Below, piece after piece: positions 10,094-16,663 of a stretch of DNA of 20,000 nt. Position 1 is the stretch's first letter. Each line of letters begins with the position of its first letter. The position numbers and the translations under genes are program-made. The stretch lies in sequence record SRR22947725_4056; one strand, 5' to 3'. The notes under the pieces were generated by a model that searched no databases, had not been told where the DNA came from, and saw only the letters and a program-made list of their open reading frames with translations.

Positions 10094-10516
10094 ATGGCCG
10101 GATTAGAAGAAACACTCGTGCTCGTGAAACCAGACGGAGTCGCGAGAAACTTGACGGGTGAAATCCTGTTGCGCATCGAATCAAAGGGTTACCAGCTCGT
10201 TGACCTTCGCATGGTCGAGCCCAACCGCGACTTACTCTCTGCCCACTATGCCGAGCACGAAGGCAAACCTTTTTACGAGCCACTGGTGAACTTCATGGAG
10301 TCGGGTCCTGTGGTGGCGATGAGGATCGCCGGCCATAAGGTCATCGAGGGGGTCCGGTCTCTCTGCGGAGCAACAGACCCCACATCGGCGGCACCGGGGA
10401 CCATCCGCGGGGATTTAGGACGCGACTGGGGGCTTGCCGTGCAGCAAAACTTGATTCATGCCAGCGATTCAGAGGAATCCTCCGAGAGGGAACTCGCTCT
10501 CTGGTTTCCTCGCTAA
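10094..10516 (+). CDS. ndk: Nucleoside diphosphate kinase
   Basis: TLVLVKPDGV, HYAEHEGKPFY, GATDPTSAAPGTIRGD, NLIHASDS with the catalytic His, and a WF C-terminus. Confidence 0.98.
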   Translation: MAGLEETLVLVKPDGVARNLTGEILLRIESKGYQLVDLRMVEPNRDLLSAHYAEHEGKPFYEPLVNFMESGPVVAMRIAGHKVIEGVRSLCGATDPTSAAPGTIRGDLGRDWGLAVQQNLIHASDSEESSERELALWFPR

Positions 10517-11106
10517 AGCGAGAAGAGCAAAGGGAACTGGATCAGGATTGCTATGCCGATGACGGCGTAGTTAATCACGATCAGAATCCACGAGTAGGGC
10601 AACCAGGTTGCTCCAAGTTTCTTCAACCGGGGGGATGAACTAAGAATCCCTTGCTTGAGGACCCAGGGCAGCAAGATCCACCAGAGTGGAATGTGGATTG
10701 CCCAGACCACCATGCAGTAAAGACACAGGAAGCCGATGGCGAAGACGGCTTGGACAAACATCCACATCAGCCAGAGGTATGCGGCAAGAACTCCAAGAAC
10801 CACAAGAATCCAAAAGGGTCTCTTGAACGTGGCGCCGGCCAGCATGGCAGCCCCCACCATCGCTACGGCGACATAGCCGGCAACCCCAAAGAGTTGATTG
10901 GGGGTGTCAAAAAATACTGTGGCTTGCGGGCTCTGCATCACCGAACCGCAGGAGAAAAAGGGATTGATGTCGCAGCTGGGCTGGGTTCCACTGAGGGCCA
11001 ACTGGTATCCCTCGCGGGCCAGAGTGAACGCTGCAAACCAGGCACCTAGTCCGCTGAGCAACAAATAGATTGCCATGGACGTGGACCGTCTCGTGGGGTA
11101 GTTCAT
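10513..11106 (-). CDS. Vitamin K epoxide reductase (VKOR) family membrane thiol-disulfide oxidoreductase
   Basis: Loop cysteine pair SCDINPFFSCGSV, TPNQLFG, active-site CLYC and about five TM segments. No fused thioredoxin domain. Confidence 0.92.
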   Translation of the reverse strand: MNYPTRRSTSMAIYLLLSGLGAWFAAFTLAREGYQLALSGTQPSCDINPFFSCGSVMQSPQATVFFDTPNQLFGVAGYVAVAMVGAAMLAGATFKRPFWILVVLGVLAAYLWLMWMFVQAVFAIGFLCLYCMVVWAIHIPLWWILLPWVLKQGILSSSPRLKKLGATWLPYSWILIVINYAVIGIAILIQFPLLFSL

Positions 11107-11216
11107 TCCATGATTATGGCACCGCCGCCCAGAGCAAAGGCTGCACTCCAGGCACCGAGTCCGCTAACCAGCAGAGAGATTGCCATGGACGTGGACCCTC
11201 TCGTGGGGTAGTTCAT
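11103..11216 (-). pseudogene. Duplicated VKOR 5' fragment forming a 37-aa upstream ORF (gene remnant or leader peptide)
   Basis: Manual translation gives MNYPTRGSTSMAISLLVSGLGAWSAAFALGGGAIIME*, compared with VKOR MNYPTRRSTSMAIYLLLSGLGAWFAAFTLAREG. Its TGA overlaps the VKOR ATG (ATGA). It is too short to appear in the ORF track. Confidence 0.7.
11113..11118 (-). promoter_or_regulatory. Putative -10 element for leaderless VKOR transcription (second copy at 11223-11228)
   Basis: The minus strand reads CATAAT-catgga-ATG, and copy 2 reads CATAAT-cttgga-ATG. The spacing to the ATG is 6 nt and no SD is evident. Confidence 0.55.
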
Positions 11217-11258
11217 TCCAAGATTATGGCGCCACACTGGTCCACAGCAGAGGTGATG

Positions 11259-11267
11259 TGCGATACT
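11259..11267 (+). promoter_or_regulatory. Putative extended -10 promoter of rne
   Basis: TG-c-GATACT lies immediately before the first leader hairpin. Confidence 0.5.
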
Positions 11268-11270
11268 AGA

Positions 11271-11449
11271 GGTAGAGCTTTTTCACCCGATGGAAAAGCG
11301 CACCAAGAATTCTCGAATCCTCGATTCGAATACCGGGGAATACCCCAACAAACCCAAGTTTTTTCAAGAGAAACCTCGTGTTTCTCCTGCCAAAGCGTAA
11401 TGCAGTTCCGGCCAGTGATGCCGGGAACTGCGTGAGGAGGGCACCGATT
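11271..11449 (+). promoter_or_regulatory. Structured 5' leader of rne with five hairpins
   Basis: Stems at 11277-11299, 11313-11329, 11335-11346, 11368-11386 and 11402-11431, followed by SD GAGGAGG at 11434-11440. Confidence 0.6.
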
Positions 11450-13600
11450 ATGGTGGCCAAGAAAATAGAAGACACCACCGAGCCTCAAGCGAAGACCGCG
11501 ACAAAGAAGGCAGCTTCTGCCCCGCAGTCTCCCGCCGGCGAGGCCCATACCGCGGGATCTGGAAAAAAGCCAGCGGACAAGAAGCCTGTAGCTAAGAAGC
11601 CTGCAGCCAAGAAACCTGCAGCCAAGAAACCGGCAAGCGACAAGGCTTCGGGTAAGCAGGCACGTGCCGCTCAAGCGAACAAGCCTGGGGAAAAACCCAG
11701 CGCTGTTTCCACGAAGGACCTCGTCTTTCATGCTCCCGACCCTGCGCTTCTTCCCGTCTTTACGCCCGCTCCTGAGGAATCTCAGAGCGAGGGCACCGTG
11801 CGCCGACGCTCACGAGCGAACCGACCCACGCTGAGTCCCGAAGAGAAAAAAGCCAAAGCTGCCGCTGAGGCATCCACCCCGCAGAAAGTGCGGGGTTCTA
11901 CGCGGCTGGAAGCCAAACGTCAACGCCGTCGGGATGGTCGCGATGGCGGTCGCCGCCGACAAAGCGTCACCGAGTCTGAGTTCCTCGCTCGTCGCGAGAG
12001 CGTTGACCGGGTCATGGTTGTTCGGGAGCGCACCGATCGCACTCAGATCGCCGTGTTGGAGGACAACGTGGTGGTGGAGCACTATGTGGCTCGCGCCGAG
12101 GAGTCCAGCCTGATCGGCAACGTCTATTTAGGCCGTGTGCAAAACGTCCTGCCCAGCATGGAAGCTGCCTTTGTCGATATTGGCCGGGGAAGAAACGCCG
12201 TCTTGTATTCGGGTGAAGTGGATTGGGAAGCGGCAAGCGAGGGGGAAACTCCCGGGCCCCGCAAAATTGAGCTTGCTTTGAAAACGGGTGACAGCGTTCT
12301 GGTTCAGGTCACGAAAGACCCGGTGGGCCACAAGGGTGCGAGGTTGACCAGTCAGATTAGTTTGCCTGGCCGCTACCTCGTGTATGTGCCTGGCGGCTCC
12401 ATGAACGGCATTTCCCGCAAACTGCCCGACACCGAGCGCGCGCGCCTCAAGACAATATTGAAGAAGATTTTGCCAGAGACGGCGGGCGTGATCGTGCGCA
12501 CGGCTGCTGAGGGTGCCACAGAGGAGCAACTCACCATGGATGTGGAGCGCCTCCACAAGCAATGGGAAGCCCTCAGCGCCCAAACAGAAAAGGCTCAAGC
12601 TCCCGACATGTTGCATTCGGAGCCGGATCTGCTGGTCAAGATCATTCGCGACGTTTTCAACGAAGACTTCCACAAACTGGTCATTTCGGGGACGCACGCT
12701 CACTCAACGATCGAGAAATATTTGAGCTCGGTTGCCCCTGATTTGATTGCCCGCATGGAGGCCTATGCCCCCGATGGTGATCCCTTCGTGGAATACCGGG
12801 TAGGCGAAGGTATCGCCAAAGCATTGGACCGGAAGGTCTGGTTGCCTAGTGGCGGCTCGCTGGTGATCGACCGCACGGAGGCCATGACGGTGGTGGATGT
12901 CAACACCGGCAAATTCGTGGGCAGCGGGGGGAACCTTGAAGAAACGGTGACAAAGAACAACGTCGAAGCCGCTGAAGAGATTGTTCGTCAGCTCCGACTC
13001 CGCGATATCGGTGGAATCATTGTTATCGATTTCATCGATATGGTCCTGGAGTCCAACAGGGACCTTGTTATCCAGCGGCTCATGGAGTGTTTGAGCAGAG
13101 ACCGAACGAAGCACCAGGTGGCAGAGGTGACCAGTCTCGGATTGGTTCAGATGACCCGAAAGAAACTCGGGCTTGGCCTGTTGGAAACCTTCAGCGAAGC
13201 CTGCGAGACCTGTCAAGGTCGTGGGGTTGTTGTTAACGGGGAACCTGTGACCAAATCGAAGTCTGATTCGTCTCCCCGCAGGAAGAAGGGGTCAGCGAAG
13301 TCGGCTCCGAAGATTGAACCCCACGGAATTACCGAGGACGCCCGTAATGCGATAGCCCAGATCGCCAAGAGCACCGTTCACTCTGCTTCCGCACAAACCA
13401 CTGCCAACGCCGCACCCGCGGCGGCTGAGGAGAAGCCCACCCGGGGTCGGAAGAAATCAAGCTCCGCTGAGGTCGGAGTTCTTGATTCCGTGCTCGCAGC
13501 ACTTCCCGAAGCACCAGGGCCGGGACAATCGAAGCGACGCAGACGCGCATCTAGCGCGCCGGTCAGCGCAGAGTCACCTCCCGAGTCACCCCAGAAATAA
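11450..13600 (+). CDS. rne: Ribonuclease E/G family endoribonuclease
   Basis: The ATG at 11450 follows SD GAGGAGG and is preferred to 11378. S1 domain GNVYLGRVQNVLPSMEAAFVDIG, VQVTKDPVGHKGARLT, DVNTG, RLRDIGGIIVIDFIDM, Zn-link CETCQGRG, and low-complexity N- and C-terminal arms. Confidence 0.96.
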   Translation: MVAKKIEDTTEPQAKTATKKAASAPQSPAGEAHTAGSGKKPADKKPVAKKPAAKKPAAKKPASDKASGKQARAAQANKPGEKPSAVSTKDLVFHAPDPALLPVFTPAPEESQSEGTVRRRSRANRPTLSPEEKKAKAAAEASTPQKVRGSTRLEAKRQRRRDGRDGGRRRQSVTESEFLARRESVDRVMVVRERTDRTQIAVLEDNVVVEHYVARAEESSLIGNVYLGRVQNVLPSMEAAFVDIGRGRNAVLYSGEVDWEAASEGETPGPRKIELALKTGDSVLVQVTKDPVGHKGARLTSQISLPGRYLVYVPGGSMNGISRKLPDTERARLKTILKKILPETAGVIVRTAAEGATEEQLTMDVERLHKQWEALSAQTEKAQAPDMLHSEPDLLVKIIRDVFNEDFHKLVISGTHAHSTIEKYLSSVAPDLIARMEAYAPDGDPFVEYRVGEGIAKALDRKVWLPSGGSLVIDRTEAMTVVDVNTGKFVGSGGNLEETVTKNNVEAAEEIVRQLRLRDIGGIIVIDFIDMVLESNRDLVIQRLMECLSRDRTKHQVAEVTSLGLVQMTRKKLGLGLLETFSEACETCQGRGVVVNGEPVTKSKSDSSPRRKKGSAKSAPKIEPHGITEDARNAIAQIAKSTVHSASAQTTANAAPAAAEEKPTRGRKKSSSAEVGVLDSVLAALPEAPGPGQSKRRRRASSAPVSAESPPESPQK
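11564..11638 (+). repeat. Five imperfect 15-bp coding repeats (KKPxx) in the RNase E N-terminal arm
   Basis: aaaaagccagcggac / aagaagcctgtagct / aagaagcctgcagcc / aagaaacctgcagcc / aagaaaccggcaagc encode KKPAD KKPVA KKPAA KKPAA KKPAS. Confidence 0.85.
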
Positions 13601-13614
13601 GGGGATCGTTCTGG

Positions 13615-13643
13615 TTGCCGAGCGACCAGACATGGTCTATTCT
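13615..13643 (+). promoter_or_regulatory. Putative sigma-A promoter of rplU-rpmA
   Basis: TTGCCG (13615-13620), a 17-nt spacer, then TATTCT (13638-13643). Confidence 0.65.
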
Positions 13644-13715
13644 TGTTCTTTGGTGCAGTTCTCCTAAAGTTTCCAGGGCACCCTCGTTTTTTCCAGCAAC
13701 AAGGCAGGTTTCATC

Positions 13716-14030
13716 GTGGTTTATGCGGTTGTTCGCGCAGGCGGACGTCAAGAAAAGGTCGAGGTCGGCTCGATCATTATGGTCGACCGCATTGCGGGCG
13801 ATGCGAAGAACTCGGTGAGCCTCGCTCCCGTCCTCTTCGTCGATGGCGATACCGTCACCCACGATAAGAAGGAACTCGACAAGGTCACCGTCACGGCGGA
13901 GATCCTGAACGACCTTCGTGGGCCCAAGATCATCATCCAGAAATACAAGAACAAGACCGGTTACAAGAAGCGTCAAGGGTTCCGCGCGGAACTGACGAAG
14001 CTCAAAGTCACCGGCATCACCAAGAAGTAG
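13716..14030 (+). CDS. rplU: 50S ribosomal protein L21 (bL21)
   Basis: [13 protein letters not shown]...[37 protein letters not shown] start; adjacent to rpmA. Confidence 0.97.
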   Translation: MVYAVVRAGGRQEKVEVGSIIMVDRIAGDAKNSVSLAPVLFVDGDTVTHDKKELDKVTVTAEILNDLRGPKIIIQKYKNKTGYKKRQGFRAELTKLKVTGITKK

Positions 14031-14037
14031 GGAACTC

Positions 14038-14295
14038 ATGGCACACAAAAAGGGCGCGTCCTCGACCAGGAATGGTCGCGACTCCAATGCTCAGTACCTC
14101 GGCGTCAAGCGCTTCGGTGGTCAGGTTGTCAAAGCCGGCGAAATTATTGTTCGCCAGCGTGGTACCCACTTCCACCCCGGCACCAATGTCGGACGCGGTA
14201 ACGATGACACGTTGTTCGCTCTCGCAGCGGGCCACGTCGAATTTGGTTCCAAAGGACGCCGCAAGGTTGTTGCCGTAGTGGACGCCGCTGTCTAG
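14038..14295 (+). CDS. rpmA: 50S ribosomal protein L27 (bL27)
   Basis: [29 protein letters not shown]...[25 protein letters not shown]. Confidence 0.99.
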   Translation: MAHKKGASSTRNGRDSNAQYLGVKRFGGQVVKAGEIIVRQRGTHFHPGTNVGRGNDDTLFALAAGHVEFGSKGRRKVVAVVDAAV

Positions 14296-14315
14296 TTTCA
14301 CTCACACACTGTGAT

Positions 14316-14349
14316 GGGAGGGCGAGCTTCGGCTCGCCCTTTCCTCTTG
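14316..14349 (+). terminator. Stem-loop / probable intrinsic terminator after rpmA
   Basis: Perfect 9-bp stem AGGGCGAGC-TTCG-GCTCGCCCT (14319-14340) with a cUUCGg tetraloop, followed by pyrimidine-rich TTCCTCTT. Confidence 0.75.
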
Positions 14350-14383
14350 TGTGGGACAGTTAGCCTCAAGGAGAAAGGGTGTT

Positions 14384-15889
14384 ATGACGACGTTCGTTGA
14401 CAGTGTCGTTTTACACCTGCACGCCGGACACGGTGGCCACGGGTGTGTTTCCGTCCACCGCGAAAAGTTCAAACCGCTGGGCGGACCTGACGGCGGTAAC
14501 GGCGGGAGCGGTGGAGATGTCGTTTTGCTCTCAGATCCGCAAGTTACCACCTTGCTGGATTACCACCACCGCCCTCATCGGGTGAGCGAAAATGGTGCTC
14601 CAGGTGCGGGAGATTCCAAACACGGCAAGAGTTCCTCTGATGTGATTCTGCCAGTGCCTGTGGGCACCGTCGTCACAGATCAGGAGGGGGCCCTCATCAT
14701 CGATATGGACCGGCCCGGTATGAGCGTCGTGGTGGCGCAGGGCGGCAGAGGTGGCCTGGGTAACGAAGCGCTGGCCAGTTCGGCGCGTAAGGCGCCGGGC
14801 TTTGCTCTCTTGGGTACTCACGGTTTCGAGGGCGATATTAACCTGGAGCTCAAAACCGTTGCTGACGTGGCGCTGGTGGGCTTCCCCAGCGCCGGTAAGT
14901 CAAGTTTGATCGCTGCGGTCTCGAAGGCCCGCCCCAAAATTGCGGACTATCCCTTCACAACCCTGCACCCGAACCTTGGCGTCGTGGAGGCCGGTGGCAC
15001 AAAGTTCACCATGGCGGATGTGCCCGGTTTGATTCCCGGTGCCAGCGAAGGAAAAGGGCTGGGCCTGGAATTTCTGCGCCATGTGGAACGGTGCAGTTTG
15101 CTCGTTCACGTTCTTGACTGTGCCACCTTGGAGCCAGGCAGAGACCCTCTGAGCGACTTGGATGCACTGCTCCATGAGTTGGGAAATTACCCGCTGGATG
15201 ATGATGTTATTCCCCTGGTGGATCGTCCCCAAATGGTGGTGCTGAACAAAGTGGATGTCCCCGATGCTAAAGAAATTGCCGCCATGGTGACTACTGACTT
15301 AGAGGCAAGGGGGTACCCGGTTTTCTCCCTGAGTGCGATTAGCGCGGAGGGGCTGGAGCCTTTCCTTTACGAGGTCGGCAACATGGTTCTTGAACACCGC
15401 GCAAAGCTGGCGGAGGCGGCTCTCACCCCCGAGCGCATTGTGGTGCGACCCAAGGCCGTCAACGAACCCGATTTCCGGGTCGTTGTCGAAGGTGGAACAG
15501 AGGGTCCGTTGTTCAGGATTCTTGGAGCAAAGCCCGAGCGGTGGATTGAACAAACAGACTTCACCAACGATGAAGCCGTGGGATATCTTGCCGATCGCTT
15601 AATGAAACTGGGGATTGACGACGCACTCTTCGACTCCGGCGCTACTCCGGGTTGCGCCGTGATGATTGGGGCTGGAAAAGGCCAAATCTTTGACTGGGAG
15701 CCCACCCTCTCGAGTGCGGCTGAGTTGATGACGGCACCGCGAGGCTCTGACCCTCGCTTGGATGAGCGCCAACGGGCGACCCGGGCGCAACGGAAGGCCA
15801 CGTATCACGAGCGCATGGATGCTAAAGCACGTGCCAGGCAGGAGCTCGCCGACGAGGGGGAAGCGGGGTTCTTCCAGGATGATGACTAG
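14384..15889 (+). CDS. obgE: GTPase ObgE/CgtA
   Basis: The ATG at 14384 follows AAGGAGAAAGGG. Gly-rich Obg fold ([12 protein letters not shown]), G1 [27 protein letters not shown] and a C-terminal OCT-like domain ([17 protein letters not shown]). Confidence 0.98.
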   Translation: MTTFVDSVVLHLHAGHGGHGCVSVHREKFKPLGGPDGGNGGSGGDVVLLSDPQVTTLLDYHHRPHRVSENGAPGAGDSKHGKSSSDVILPVPVGTVVTDQEGALIIDMDRPGMSVVVAQGGRGGLGNEALASSARKAPGFALLGTHGFEGDINLELKTVADVALVGFPSAGKSSLIAAVSKARPKIADYPFTTLHPNLGVVEAGGTKFTMADVPGLIPGASEGKGLGLEFLRHVERCSLLVHVLDCATLEPGRDPLSDLDALLHELGNYPLDDDVIPLVDRPQMVVLNKVDVPDAKEIAAMVTTDLEARGYPVFSLSAISAEGLEPFLYEVGNMVLEHRAKLAEAALTPERIVVRPKAVNEPDFRVVVEGGTEGPLFRILGAKPERWIEQTDFTNDEAVGYLADRLMKLGIDDALFDSGATPGCAVMIGAGKGQIFDWEPTLSSAAELMTAPRGSDPRLDERQRATRAQRKATYHERMDAKARARQELADEGEAGFFQDDD

Positions 15890-16658
15890 AGAAGCAGTGG
15901 ACAGCGCCCGCCGGATAGTTGTGAAGGTCGGGTCCTCGTCCATAAGCGGAGAACGAGAGCATCAAATGGCGGGGCTTGTCGAAGCCTTAGCCGCGTGGCA
16001 CGCGCAGGGCAAAGAGGTTGTGCTGGTGTCTTCTGGTGCTATCGCCACCGGAGCGCCGTTTTTGAAATTGACGGATCGTCCCCAAGATTTGGCCACCCAA
16101 CAGGCTGCAGCCGCTGTGGGGCAGAACTTGTTGATGGGCCGATATCAGAAGTTTCTCGATGCGTTTTCAGTGATTTCGGGGCAGGTGTTGTTGACGGTGG
16201 GGGATGTTGAAAACGACACTCACCGCACGAACGCGCTCCGCACCATCGAACGACTGTTGGGATTGGGTATCTTGCCGATCGTCAACGAAAATGACACAGT
16301 GGCGACCCAGGAAATTCGGTTCGGCGATAACGACAGGCTTGCGGCGCTGGTGGCGGAGTTCATTTCCGCTGACCTTTTGGTTCTGCTCAGTGACGTCGAT
16401 GCTTTGTATACCCATCCTCCCGATGACCCCCTTGCCACACGAATCGAGGTGGTTGCCTACGGTGACCCCCTCGAAGGTGTTGAACTGGGCCACTCCATGG
16501 TCAACAGTGTCGGAACGGGTGGAGCAGTGACGAAGGTGAGCGCAGCGCGGTGGGCGACAGCTGCGGGAATACCGACGTTGTTGACCTCGACGACGTCGTT
16601 GGATGCCGTGGTGCGGGGAGAGATTTCTGGAACCTGGTTCGAGCCCGCCGTAGACTAG
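15879..16658 (+). CDS. proB: Glutamate 5-kinase (short form without PUA domain)
   Basis: [61 protein letters not shown], ending at GTWF. The start is at 15879 or 15882 and overlaps the obgE 3' end. Confidence 0.95.
   Translation: MMTREAVDSARRIVVKVGSSSISGEREHQMAGLVEALAAWHAQGKEVVLVSSGAIATGAPFLKLTDRPQDLATQQAAAAVGQNLLMGRYQKFLDAFSVISGQVLLTVGDVENDTHRTNALRTIERLLGLGILPIVNENDTVATQEIRFGDNDRLAALVAEFISADLLVLLSDVDALYTHPPDDPLATRIEVVAYGDPLEGVELGHSMVNSVGTGGAVTKVSAARWATAAGIPTLLTSTTSLDAVVRGEISGTWFEPAVD
16651..16656 (+). promoter_or_regulatory. Putative internal -10 element for leaderless proA
   Basis: TAGACT-agcaact-ATG with 7-nt spacing and no SD before proA. Confidence 0.5.
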
Positions 16659-16663
16659 CAACT

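Larger units (their letters stand above)
11019..11233. repeat. Diverged direct tandem duplication, period 110 bp (copies at about 11019-11123 and 11129-11233)
   Basis: Manual alignment of 11021-11120 with 11131-11230 gives 13 mismatches in 100 nt and no gaps. The repeat covers the first ~29 codons of VKOR and its putative -10 element. Confidence 0.95.

Noticed and set aside
11019..11233. Duplication as a diversity-generating retroelement TR/VR pair
   Set aside because: The mismatches are not adenine-specific on either strand (they include C/G, T/C and T/G changes), the repeat is at the gene's 5' end, and there is no reverse transcriptase in the window.
11019..11233. Duplication as a CRISPR array or as attL/attR of a resident element
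   Set aside because: There are only two ~105-bp units, essentially adjacent, with no spacers, cas genes, integrase or cargo between them.
11070..11435. 121-aa plus-strand ORF across the VKOR-rne intergenic region
   Set aside because: It has no SD or recognisable domain and runs through the duplication, the promoters and the hairpins, so it is most likely spurious.
14030..14040. Absence of a prp (ysxB) gene between rplU and rpmA
   Set aside because: This is expected, because this L27 starts MAHKKG and lacks the cleavable N-terminal extension found in Firmicutes.
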